42,140 nt of DNA from a virus (Duplodnaviria > Caudoviricetes), in IMG/VR virus record IMGVR_UViG_3300042884_000608, positions 1-42,140 of that record. The stretch is one strand, 5' to 3'. Below the pieces are notes generated by a model. That model was not told the DNA's origin. It worked only from the letters and a program-made list of their open reading frames with translations, and searched no databases. The number at the start of each line of letters is the position of its first letter. The stretch's first letter is position 1. This document shows, one piece after another, positions 16,653 through 25,431 of the stretch. A program made the translations under genes and the position numbers.

Positions 16653-16877
16653 TTAGTCTATTGGTGGGAATGGCGGCGATGGTTTTGGTTTATAGTCTAT
16701 CAAAGGTAAGGTTTTTACCCACATAAATTCAGTATTAACACAAAATTCCATTTCTTCAACTGAAATTATCCAATTGTTATCTATGTCCTGTATTGGGTTA
16801 AAGTAGCTGTCCTCATCGTAAAGCTGACCGACTAAGCTATTTTTTTGCGATTCTGTTAATAATCCTACTTCTATCAT
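16653..16877 (-). CDS. Small conserved protein following the fibre gene (possible fibre chaperone)
   Basis: YFNPIQD..NNWIIS.EE motif; position. Confidence 0.65.
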   Translation of the reverse strand: MIEVGLLTESQKNSLVGQLYDEDSYFNPIQDIDNNWIISVEEMEFCVNTEFMWVKTLPLIDYKPKPSPPFPPID

Positions 16878-17674
16878 AATCTTCCTAAAGTTGTATTATA
16901 TGTTACTACTGCATTTCTTAAATTTAACCCTTCTGCTGTTGATAAGCCATCACCTAAACTATGAAAAGCAATTGACATAATAGCATAATTTTGAGGAGCA
17001 ACTCCTCCATTATGAGCAGCAAGATAACAAGTTAAAGAAGGCAAATTATGATTTGTCGTACTTGTAGTTGAAGTTGTTGATGTTCCATCAGCTTTAACTA
17101 TAAACATATTGTTATTAGCTGTTCTTGACGATGCTCTAAACCCTTTTAATGAAGATGCTGTAACTGGTATTTCAGCATTTGTTAAACCTAAATCTCTGTA
17201 TGTTAATGTTGTTCCCGATGTTTCTATCGTTGTTCTAAAACTAAACGATGATGAACTTTGCGCTCCACCCATACTTCTAAGACCTGTACCCGAGTTATCA
17301 GTATTATGATAAAACGCATGGTGATGTGAAAACTGTTGTAATGCAGTATTAGCATTTAAAAAAGTATTAGCATAACCATTTGTGCCATTTGGCAAAGCAC
17401 CCGTTGAACTATGAGTCCAACCCCCATTAAACACAAGTCTGTAAGCGGCATCTAAATCTTGCGGGTCTTTCAAATTCCATTTGTGCAAGGCAGCAGTTCC
17501 GCCTACCATCGGATAAATAGCTTTCATTTTAGTCCAAATGCTTGCTGCTTTCAAATCTAAAACAAGCTGATTGATAGCGTTTAAATTTGTAGCACCTGTA
17601 AGCCCTGAAGCTGTAAAAAATGCCTGAGCATCGGGGTCATAAGCAACCCCAAAAGAATAAGGATTTATTATCAT
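16874..17674 (-). CDS. Putative receptor-binding/fibre protein, lectin-like beta domain
   Basis: DPDAQAFFTA...AINQLVLDLK...IWTKMKAIYP; S/T/G-rich. Confidence 0.65.
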   Translation of the reverse strand: MIINPYSFGVAYDPDAQAFFTASGLTGATNLNAINQLVLDLKAASIWTKMKAIYPMVGGTAALHKWNLKDPQDLDAAYRLVFNGGWTHSSTGALPNGTNGYANTFLNANTALQQFSHHHAFYHNTDNSGTGLRSMGGAQSSSSFSFRTTIETSGTTLTYRDLGLTNAEIPVTASSLKGFRASSRTANNNMFIVKADGTSTTSTTSTTNHNLPSLTCYLAAHNGGVAPQNYAIMSIAFHSLGDGLSTAEGLNLRNAVVTYNTTLGRL

Positions 17675-18318
17675 CTTGTTCCGATTAAAGTAATTTTTAA
17701 ACCTTTTGCAGTTCCATCTCCGATTTGGTCGATGTCAATTGTAATTTCGGCATCGTCAGTTAGCGCAGATGTTGTTATTGTTGCAGGTGTTGCAGCCGTA
17801 ACAGATGTTTTTTCTGTATTGTCAATAGTTAGCTTTGTACCTAAAACAGATGAACCGCCTTGATTTATGTCAACCGTAAAAATAGAACCACTTGCCTGTG
17901 CAGTTGTTAATGAAGCACGAACAGCCGTAAGCGTAAATGAAACTGGCAGCCTAAATGTAACTTTATTAGTGCCCGCAGTTAATGCTGTTGTTTCATCAGA
18001 TGCAGCTAACTGTATTTCGATAGGTATAACAGTTGGACCACCACCTCTAACTACAAAAAAAAAATCAGTGCTTAGCAATTGAGCTAAGTCTGCACAATCA
18101 CCCGAAAACGCAATTGGCGCGGCAGGCACTACTTCGGTATTTGCAACTTGTGCAGGGTCGATATATTCAACGCTGCCATTGTCTTGAACAACTTTAACAG
18201 AACCGTTAACGTTACATTCAATTTCTACGATGTCAGGGCTTAGGCTGTTAATGAAATCGCCCGAAGTCGAATCATAAATAGCTACATTGCCGTTTGCGAG
18301 TTTTACTATGTCTATCAT
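17671..18318 (-). CDS. Virion structural protein (fibre/adaptor)
   Basis: ASDETTALT.GT.KVTFR.P...VDIN..G.SVL.TKLTID module. Confidence 0.65.
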   Translation of the reverse strand: MIDIVKLANGNVAIYDSTSGDFINSLSPDIVEIECNVNGSVKVVQDNGSVEYIDPAQVANTEVVPAAPIAFSGDCADLAQLLSTDFFFVVRGGGPTVIPIEIQLAASDETTALTAGTNKVTFRLPVSFTLTAVRASLTTAQASGSIFTVDINQGGSSVLGTKLTIDNTEKTSVTAATPATITTSALTDDAEITIDIDQIGDGTAKGLKITLIGTR

Positions 18319-18638
18319 TGGTTAATTATTATTTTAGTGCTAAATTCAATACAATCATATTCAATGCCATCAACTTCAATATTTACAATTTCGCCATCGT
18401 GACCTATTATTTGACCTGTGTATGTATAGTTTTCGTTTAGGTTGGGCATATCAAAAATAACACTATCACCATCTTTTACATCTATAAAATATGTAATAGA
18501 AATAGAACCAAATGTTAATATTAAATACCATCTACCTTCAGTTATTGCATCTGCTATAATGCCCGTATTATAAACAGCATCGCAAGCGTTAAGACAGCCC
18601 AAATTTAACGTTTTTTCACAACAATTACAACAAGCCAT
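18315..18638 (-). CDS. Cys-rich small structural protein
   Basis: Starts MACCNCCEKTLNLGCLNAC. Confidence 0.65.
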   Translation of the reverse strand: MACCNCCEKTLNLGCLNACDAVYNTGIIADAITEGRWYLILTFGSISITYFIDVKDGDSVIFDMPNLNENYTYTGQIIGHDGEIVNIEVDGIEYDCIEFSTKIIINQ

Positions 18639-18660
18639 ATATATAAATTTAAATATTTTC

Positions 18661-18690
18661 AAAAAAAGGGGGTATTTATTCCAACCCCCT
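18661..18690 (-). terminator. Rho-independent terminator inside the late region
   Basis: AGGGGGT/ACCCCCT stem with an A run on + strand (U tail on -). Confidence 0.75.
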
Positions 18691-18732
18691 ACTAATTGCC
18701 TAAGGTAGCGAAACTTGGCGGCATAGTGAATC

Positions 18733-19305
18733 TTAACATATCGTGAACGGTTTGCACTTTTCAGTTAGTGCAAAATCATATCGTAATTCAAAATCTAAGC
18801 TAACTATTTGCATAAGGCTTAATAGCGTTTTAGGGTCTTTGCCTGTTTCAGCGGCATAAACAGTCCAAGGCAATATTTCATTTGATACAGGGAACAAGCG
18901 CGGGTTAACTATTGCGTATTGCCATTGTATGCCTTTAAAATTCGCACCGTAAAGCGCAAACTTAACCGAATCTAATAACATACGCGGGTCAGCGCAAAGA
19001 TGCCAAAAAACTAATTTAAATGGAACACGCACATCCAATTCGATTCCACAACTTCCGCGCTTAGTATTAGCTGCTTTTCTTGTTTCCGAAACAATACCAT
19101 TAACACGGATATAATAGCCCGTTCGCGCGGTGTCTGTGATGCCAACATAGTTTCGTGTGCCGTTTTGTGTAACATTTAAAGTAACAACCTGCCCCGCAGT
19201 ATCTTTTACAGCTATGCCATTACCGTTAACGTTTACATTTACGGCTGCCATTGCAGTATCAATCTGTTTTATAAGTTCAGTTATTATGTCTTGTGTTACG
19301 TACAT
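18733..19305 (-). CDS. Putative tail terminator/neck protein
   Basis: 190 aa; position after head-completion genes. Confidence 0.55.
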   Translation of the reverse strand: MYVTQDIITELIKQIDTAMAAVNVNVNGNGIAVKDTAGQVVTLNVTQNGTRNYVGITDTARTGYYIRVNGIVSETRKAANTKRGSCGIELDVRVPFKLVFWHLCADPRMLLDSVKFALYGANFKGIQWQYAIVNPRLFPVSNEILPWTVYAAETGKDPKTLLSLMQIVSLDFELRYDFALTEKCKPFTIC

Positions 19306-19871
19306 TATAGTAAATCGATTTCTTCTAAAATTGCTAATAGTTCATTTCGTGCGGCCGTTTCGCCTAATTCGCGTTCATCTGTTGAAACGGTTGAAATGTC
19401 TTTTCCAAAACGCGTTTCATTGGCTTCCATTATATTTGCCATTTCATCATTCGTATAAGTAATAGCGCTTACAGTTCCGCTTTCAGTTACTTTAATACTT
19501 TCAAATAATGAACCGCTAAAGTTTAAATCAACTGTATCAGAATTAGCGCCTATCAATTGTCTTAATTCCTTATAGCCTTGTGTTAAATACCTTGTTTTAT
19601 GCGCATTGCCATTTTTAAAAACCGTTTGACCATTTTTACCTTGTGGGGTTACGTTTGCTGCTTTTACAGTTGTAAGGCTTAACGGATTTATATAAAACGG
19701 GTTTACTGAATATTGACCTATTGCACTACCACTTGAATCCAAACCGTTTAAAAATATTCTTTGTTTGTATTCTGCAATGACTTGAATAGCGGCAACCTGC
19801 GAAATTCTGCGGGCAGTGTTGTCATTATTTACAACTTCTGATAGTATTTCTAAGCGTTCAGATAAAGTCAT
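19305..19871 (-). CDS. Putative tail completion/virion morphogenesis protein
   Basis: RIF..GLD..G..IGQYS, GYKELR, VDLNFSGSL. Confidence 0.6.
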   Translation of the reverse strand: MTLSERLEILSEVVNNDNTARRISQVAAIQVIAEYKQRIFLNGLDSSGSAIGQYSVNPFYINPLSLTTVKAANVTPQGKNGQTVFKNGNAHKTRYLTQGYKELRQLIGANSDTVDLNFSGSLFESIKVTESGTVSAITYTNDEMANIMEANETRFGKDISTVSTDERELGETAARNELLAILEEIDLL

Positions 19872-20851
19872 TAGCCTGGGAACATTGGATACATTCTTAA
19901 ACGTGGTTCACATCTATAGCAAAAGCGGTCAGCTTCTAATAACTGAATTATATTATCAATTTCATTATCTAAGGCCTCAATGCTTGCATTCTCCCATTCA
20001 CCTATTTTAACATTTGCCCATTCGTTACCGTGTGTTTTAATTAAATTCAAACGGTTGTTAGGGCTAACCCATTCTTTTAATATTTGAACGCCTGTTTGAT
20101 ATAAAATTGCCATGCCTAAACGGTCCAAAAACTGGCATATAATATCAGTATCTACACAATCAACACGTACACAAGCGCCTAAATAACCCGATTGCGAAGC
20201 GCTAACACCATTCCATCCCGTAACATCTAAAACAGTATCGCCGCATGGCTTGCAGTTTGTAGCTGCATTGCACGTGTACAGATAAGGCGCTATATTAGTA
20301 GTGTCAATAGTTACTAATAATAGGTCTTCTTTAAAATATTTTTTAACAAAAATGTGCATTTCCGTATCTGCAAAAACAGTAACAGCCTGACTAAATAATA
20401 TATTGCCTGCATAATCAGTTACGTAAATAGTTGTATTGCCGTTGTTTGTTGCCTTAAATTTTACTGAATCAATAAATATTCTACTTTGCGGGCTATCTAT
20501 CCACTTCTTTGATATTTTTATGCCACGGTTAGCAGCAACGGGAATATCAATAGAATTTGAAGCGCTGCAAACAGCATATTTAGAACCGATGCTATTTAGC
20601 TTTATACCACGAGCATTTAAAACAGCTTTCAAACGTTTTTCAACCACATCAGCTGCAAAATACATTTTTTCCTGTACTGTCAAAGTAGCAGAAATAAGCG
20701 CCTCAGAACTAACAGCCGCGACATTATTTATAGTTAACCCTTCAAGATTTTCTAAATAATAACCAGATGTTGGTACCGTGCCTTCATTATAACAGCCGTT
20801 AAGACTTATTATGTAGTTTTGTAGACAAGTAGGTGTATTAAGATTCAGCAT
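19871..20851 (-). CDS. Putative head-tail adaptor
   Basis: 326 aa, 11 Cys, second gene after the capsid gene. Confidence 0.55.
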   Translation of the reverse strand: MLNLNTPTCLQNYIISLNGCYNEGTVPTSGYYLENLEGLTINNVAAVSSEALISATLTVQEKMYFAADVVEKRLKAVLNARGIKLNSIGSKYAVCSASNSIDIPVAANRGIKISKKWIDSPQSRIFIDSVKFKATNNGNTTIYVTDYAGNILFSQAVTVFADTEMHIFVKKYFKEDLLLVTIDTTNIAPYLYTCNAATNCKPCGDTVLDVTGWNGVSASQSGYLGACVRVDCVDTDIICQFLDRLGMAILYQTGVQILKEWVSPNNRLNLIKTHGNEWANVKIGEWENASIEALDNEIDNIIQLLEADRFCYRCEPRLRMYPMFPG

Positions 20852-21218
20852 CTAATTCAGTTTGTTTTTTGCGACCGCGTTTTTTAGGCTTTTCAGTTTC
20901 GGTTATTTCTTCGGCTTCAAGGGTTTCATCGGCTTCGGCTTCGATGGCTTCGGGTTGTTGGTATTGTTGTACATTTTCTTCTATTTTAATTACAGATAAT
21001 AAGCCTTCTGAATAATAAATATCTTTAGGAAAATCATTTTGCTTTACGGCCTTTTCAACAGCGTTGTTAATCTTTTCGCTGCCTATTGTTTTCTTTTGTG
21101 TTGTGTAGTCAAATAAGTAAACAACATCTTCGTTATCGGTACGCTGTACATTTATAGCGCCGTAATATTTTCGAATTATTGTTAGTGCCTGTGCTATTTT
21201 TTTTGAATAGTTTACCAT
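20838..21218 (-). CDS. Hypothetical head-associated protein
   Basis: Acidic linker then KPKKRGRKK; directly after the capsid gene. Confidence 0.6.
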   Translation of the reverse strand: MVNYSKKIAQALTIIRKYYGAINVQRTDNEDVVYLFDYTTQKKTIGSEKINNAVEKAVKQNDFPKDIYYSEGLLSVIKIEENVQQYQQPEAIEAEADETLEAEEITETEKPKKRGRKKQTELDAES

Positions 21219-21231
21219 GTGTTTTTATTTT

Positions 21232-21254
21232 AAAAAGGGGCGGTTTCCCGCCCC
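21232..21254 (-). terminator. Terminator after the major capsid gene
   Basis: GGGGCGG/CCGCCCC stem plus U tail on - strand. Confidence 0.85.
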
Positions 21255-21267
21255 CAAATCATTAAAA

Positions 21268-22986
21268 CTAAATTGTACCGTTAAAAGTATCGTTGCAATC
21301 AACGCTATCAGTTATGATAAGCTGTGAACTACCTGCTTCGCTTGTAGCAGCGTAGAAGTTACCGTAAGTACCAAAAACAGTAGCTTCACCTAAGATTTGG
21401 TCATTTGGTGCACCGTCAAATGTAGCACTTGCTAATGTCCAATCTAAATCTGTAAGTGTTGCACTTGTTGAAGGTGTTGAAGCGCTGTAAACATTGATAT
21501 AAGTTGATGTGGTAACACTTAAAGCAACATCTGAACCTGTAGCAGAAACAATTACAACACTTGCAACAGTTCCGTTAGCAAATACATAAATTGTTAAGCC
21601 TACACCATCCCAACCGCCTGCAACTGTATAAATTGCACCAACACTTGCAAGAGCAGTTTGTGCAGCTGCTACAAAACCATTTGCACCAGCTTCAGTTGTT
21701 AAATCAAAAGAACCGCCTACGCTAAATGGTAAACCGTTGATTTGAATTGCAACCGCATCTTCAACATCAAGTTCAGTATATTTAAACAATTCACCTTGTA
21801 CTGTTTTAGAATAGAATACAGCGTTACAAGCTACATCGCAAGCATCAGCAGATTCGCAGAACGTTGCATCAGTAGCATTTGGTGCACCAGCAACACCGCA
21901 AGCAGGTTCAATATCGCAATATCCTGTATCAGCGCAAACAACTTCATATTTGAATACATCAAGTACGCCATCAAATAAACAATCGTTTTGTGCCCAACAT
22001 TTAGGCATACCAACTACGGCCCAATTAGTAGCGAATTGGATGTAAAGTTCAATTTCGTCATTACACTTAACATATGACATAACTACATCATGCTCAATAC
22101 CTAACCAAGGGTCAACAACAGTAGTACGCATTTGGTCTTCAAAGTCATAGGTAAATTGACCTTTGTTCTTTGCGTAAGTTACAAGTTGAAGCGCACCTGG
22201 TGCCATTGCGATAATTTCATTAGTATTACCTAATGCAGCAGGTAGGTTAGTATCGTAGAAAATTGAACGGGTGATGTCAAGTAGTGACGCGTCAAAACCG
22301 TTATCATTACCGCTTGCAATTGCACGGGCTTTACGGTATTGGTCAAGCAAAGTGCCACCAATCAAAATCATTTGTTGTTCGATTTCAGCTTGTTTACGGT
22401 CGCTATCTAAAATAGATTCACCAACAGGGTTAATACCTAAACCACTTGAAAGGAACAAAGGCAAAGACTTAGAAGTTACAGCAGGGTCAGCGCAATCGCA
22501 TTTAACGAATGAACCGATAAAACCGTTATTAGCTACAACAGTAGAAACTTCTTTACCAAGTCTGTTAATGTGATTTCTTAAAACTTCATTAACATAGCTG
22601 TTTTGATAATCAGCGCGGCTTTCTTTGATACAACGAATTAACTCATCGTCAATCTTAATTTTCTGTGAAACTGTTTTATTTGTAATTTCAATTTCATCAT
22701 AAAGCGGCTTAACAACATCGCCGTCAGTAGGGCAATATTCAAGTGAAGTTGCATTAGATTCAGATAGACGCGGGAAAAAACGGCGTGAAACTTTGTAAAC
22801 TTTACCGTTACCTTGTTCAACAGCTTGAACATTACCGAGTTTAACCTGTGAAGCGGATTTATTAGCAGCTGAAACAAGCAATTGCAATAGTCCGATATTT
22901 GGCGATGGCATGGAGCGCATACCGCTGTTATTATTCAGCGATATGTCTATAATTTTCCACGCATCAGCGAGTTTTATAGTTGACAT
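21268..22986 (-). CDS. Major capsid protein with C-terminal extension
   Basis: Follows the scaffold gene; own promoter and terminator; about 360 aa core plus about 200 aa A/T/G/S-rich tail. Confidence 0.75.
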   Translation of the reverse strand: MSTIKLADAWKIIDISLNNNSGMRSMPSPNIGLLQLLVSAANKSASQVKLGNVQAVEQGNGKVYKVSRRFFPRLSESNATSLEYCPTDGDVVKPLYDEIEITNKTVSQKIKIDDELIRCIKESRADYQNSYVNEVLRNHINRLGKEVSTVVANNGFIGSFVKCDCADPAVTSKSLPLFLSSGLGINPVGESILDSDRKQAEIEQQMILIGGTLLDQYRKARAIASGNDNGFDASLLDITRSIFYDTNLPAALGNTNEIIAMAPGALQLVTYAKNKGQFTYDFEDQMRTTVVDPWLGIEHDVVMSYVKCNDEIELYIQFATNWAVVGMPKCWAQNDCLFDGVLDVFKYEVVCADTGYCDIEPACGVAGAPNATDATFCESADACDVACNAVFYSKTVQGELFKYTELDVEDAVAIQINGLPFSVGGSFDLTTEAGANGFVAAAQTALASVGAIYTVAGGWDGVGLTIYVFANGTVASVVIVSATGSDVALSVTTSTYINVYSASTPSTSATLTDLDWTLASATFDGAPNDQILGEATVFGTYGNFYAATSEAGSSQLIITDSVDCNDTFNGTI

Positions 22987-23098
22987 TTAAAGAATATTAA
23001 ATTTTAAAAAATTGTTTTTTGTTTGGCATTTTCCACGCTGCCAGCGTTCTGTTTTTTTTCTGTGCCTTAGCACCCTATTTTGTGAGAGGTCGTTACTG

Positions 23099-23106
23099 CA
23101 AAGATA
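23099..23106 (-). promoter_or_regulatory. -7 promoter element for the capsid gene
   Basis: TATCTTTG on - strand, between the scaffold terminator and the capsid ATG. Confidence 0.65.
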
Positions 23107-23156
23107 ATGCGTTTATAAATAAATAAATAAATAATTTTTTAATACAATTATTAAAC

Positions 23157-23183
23157 AAAAAAAGGCAGCCCTTTCGAACTGCC
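23157..23183 (-). terminator. Terminator after the scaffold gene
   Basis: GGCAG/CTGCC stem, U7 tail on - strand. Confidence 0.75.
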
Positions 23184-23203
23184 CAAACTATTAACTAACT
23201 AAA

Positions 23204-24034
23204 CTAAATCATGCCATTTTCCTGTAAGTATTTTAAACGGGCGGGGTGCATTCCGCTTTTTGCCTTATCGTCAATTTCAAATGATTTCGTTTGACCGCCG
23301 TTTGATTGCTTTTCAAAATTATACTCAGCTGCTATAATTTCAAATAGTGTTTCGTACTTTAAATTTTCCGTTGGCTTAGATGGATGCTTTACACGGTTTC
23401 CATCTTTGTTAACCCAAATATTATTATCAGAATCAATTTCAAAATCCAAGCCACGTTCACGAATTTCAGCTTCTAAAATTGCGCGCATTTCTTTAGGTGC
23501 TAAACGTGCATTCTTTACAGATTCAACTAATGAACCGCGGACTTTATCTATTTGCTGATTCTTAATGTAGCTTTGGAATTTGCCCTGTTCTTCTTTAATA
23601 GCCTGTTGCATTATCATTTCCTTTTCAGTTAGTTTTGCATTTGCTAATTCAAGTTGCTGTGTTAGCTGTTGCAACTTTTGCGCATCGGCCGAAGTGTATT
23701 CTGATTTAAGTTTTTCAATTGTTTCATACTGGCTATTTTTCAAATCAGAAACAATAGTTTTAAACCTATCTTTTTTATCGACCATTTCATATTTCTTTAG
23801 GTCAATAGCAAAAGCATCGGCAATCTGTTTTTCTGTTTTAGCATAAGCAGCTCCAAATAGTTCCGCGCTTTTAGCTTCTTCAATCTGTTTGCCTAAACGT
23901 TCCTGAACAGTACGTTCAATTTTAGATACATAACCTGTTACGGCTTCATCTAATGTAATTTCGTTTGATTCTAATTTTGAAATTAGTTCGGGTTCTATCC
24001 CCAATTTTTCTACAAATTTGTCAAGCATTTTCAC
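23204..24034 (-). CDS. Capsid scaffolding protein
   Basis: Coiled-coil, E/K/Q-rich, immediately upstream of the capsid gene. Confidence 0.7.
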   Translation of the reverse strand: MKMLDKFVEKLGIEPELISKLESNEITLDEAVTGYVSKIERTVQERLGKQIEEAKSAELFGAAYAKTEKQIADAFAIDLKKYEMVDKKDRFKTIVSDLKNSQYETIEKLKSEYTSADAQKLQQLTQQLELANAKLTEKEMIMQQAIKEEQGKFQSYIKNQQIDKVRGSLVESVKNARLAPKEMRAILEAEIRERGLDFEIDSDNNIWVNKDGNRVKHPSKPTENLKYETLFEIIAAEYNFEKQSNGGQTKSFEIDDKAKSGMHPARLKYLQENGMI

Positions 24035-24380
24035 GTGTGTTTAATTTAAAAAATAATTTTGTAAACTGTTCAAATTCTATACTAAGCGGCAATTCAAAAC
24101 CGCCCTTTAAAATAACCTTTGTAAATTCATCGCCACTTTCCCATTGTGACTTATAGAACGTTGCAACTTCATCGAGGTCAATATAACAATAGTCTTCAAG
24201 TTCAACAACTTTATCAGATTCATTATTAGATAACCTTTCATCTATTTCTTTTTTTATTTTTGCCGCTTCTTTATAATCCTCGCATTGTACAGCATCTTCA
24301 AAATCACTTTGAAGTTCTTCGATTGTTAACGGTTCTTCATTGTATTCTAATTGAATAACAAACTTATACCAACGTGCCAT
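24021..24380 (-). CDS. UVR (UvrB/C) motif-containing protein
   Basis: ELQSDFEDAVQCEDYKEAAKIKKEI; ATG 24380 abuts the upstream stop. Confidence 0.7.
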   Translation of the reverse strand: MARWYKFVIQLEYNEEPLTIEELQSDFEDAVQCEDYKEAAKIKKEIDERLSNNESDKVVELEDYCYIDLDEVATFYKSQWESGDEFTKVILKGGFELPLSIEFEQFTKLFFKLNTRENA

Positions 24381-24381
24381 A

Positions 24382-24573
24382 TTATCTACGTTTATTTGCG
24401 CAGCCGCAGCCGCGTTTGGGGGTGACAGTTCTTTGAATTGGTTGTGCGGGTTCTGATACGTGAATTGTACCAAGGTAATTATAATTGCCCGTTTGTTGTT
24501 CTGTGTACCATTGTGCAGGGCTAAACTGATATTCAGTACCGCTTGTTTTATGCTTTGCTTTTATGACTAACAT
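24382..24573 (-). CDS. Small hypothetical protein
   Basis: 63 aa ending KRGCGCANKRR; fits the operon. Confidence 0.65.
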   Translation of the reverse strand: MLVIKAKHKTSGTEYQFSPAQWYTEQQTGNYNYLGTIHVSEPAQPIQRTVTPKRGCGCANKRR

Positions 24574-24579
24574 AGTGTA

Positions 24580-25431
24580 TTATTTTTTCTGATAATTAGC
24601 AGACCTTACAGGGTATGCTATATGCCTACAATTATAACCGCCTCGATTTTGACAAAAGTTTTCGGGTGTTGTATCGGGTATCATGCCTGTACCGTTATCA
24701 TCGGCCCAATCAATTTCGCTTTGTAAATCTTCAAATAATATTAAACCTATTTTACCGTTTTTATCTTCACGTACCCAACGTTCACATTGTGCGCGGCTAT
24801 CCTTTACTAAACTACCAACGTATAACAAGGCATCTAATTTATAAGACTTTCTGACCGCTTCGTTTACTATCCCATCATACTGTAATAACGCGTCACGTGA
24901 GGCCTGCAAACTAATTCTTTTTAAAACGCCTTGGCGTGCTTCACTTGTTGTTAATTGTCCTGCTATTGAAGTAACAACATCTGTAAGGCTGCTACCTTGG
25001 TTTACTGCTATTAGTAGTTCATTCTTTATAGGGTTTATAAGATTAGTATTTAATCCTTGGCCCTGCATTGCAGCAATTACATTATTAACAGCATAGCGTT
25101 TGAATGGGTTTAAAAAACTTTTTGTTATTTCTAAGCCGTTTAATTCTTGTTGCGCAAGCTGTGTATTTGCCCCTATTTCATCAAAGTTTTCTAAAAAACC
25201 CGAAACCATTACATTATATCCAGCCTTTTCTAAGAACCTATTTATAGCAGTTTTAAAAGAACCTAAACGCGCTAAGTTTTCTTTTGACCTTACTAAATTG
25301 CCCGATGTTGTTCTAAACTTACTAATCCAATCGACAACCTGTTTTACAAATTTAGGTTCAACTTTATCAAACCGCTTCTGTAAAATTTCTAATGCTTTGT
25401 CGTTAATTCTTTCGGGTTTGTTGAAGTCCAT
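24580..25431 (-). CDS. Minor head/head morphogenesis protein (SPP1 gp7/Mu F-like)
   Basis: YVG...DSR..C and RGGYNCRH; directly after the portal gene. Confidence 0.8.
   Translation of the reverse strand: MDFNKPERINDKALEILQKRFDKVEPKFVKQVVDWISKFRTTSGNLVRSKENLARLGSFKTAINRFLEKAGYNVMVSGFLENFDEIGANTQLAQQELNGLEITKSFLNPFKRYAVNNVIAAMQGQGLNTNLINPIKNELLIAVNQGSSLTDVVTSIAGQLTTSEARQGVLKRISLQASRDALLQYDGIVNEAVRKSYKLDALLYVGSLVKDSRAQCERWVREDKNGKIGLILFEDLQSEIDWADDNGTGMIPDTTPENFCQNRGGYNCRHIAYPVRSANYQKK

Noticed and set aside
16653-18318. Diversity-generating retroelement target in the fibre genes
   Set aside because: No reverse transcriptase and no template/variable repeat pair seen
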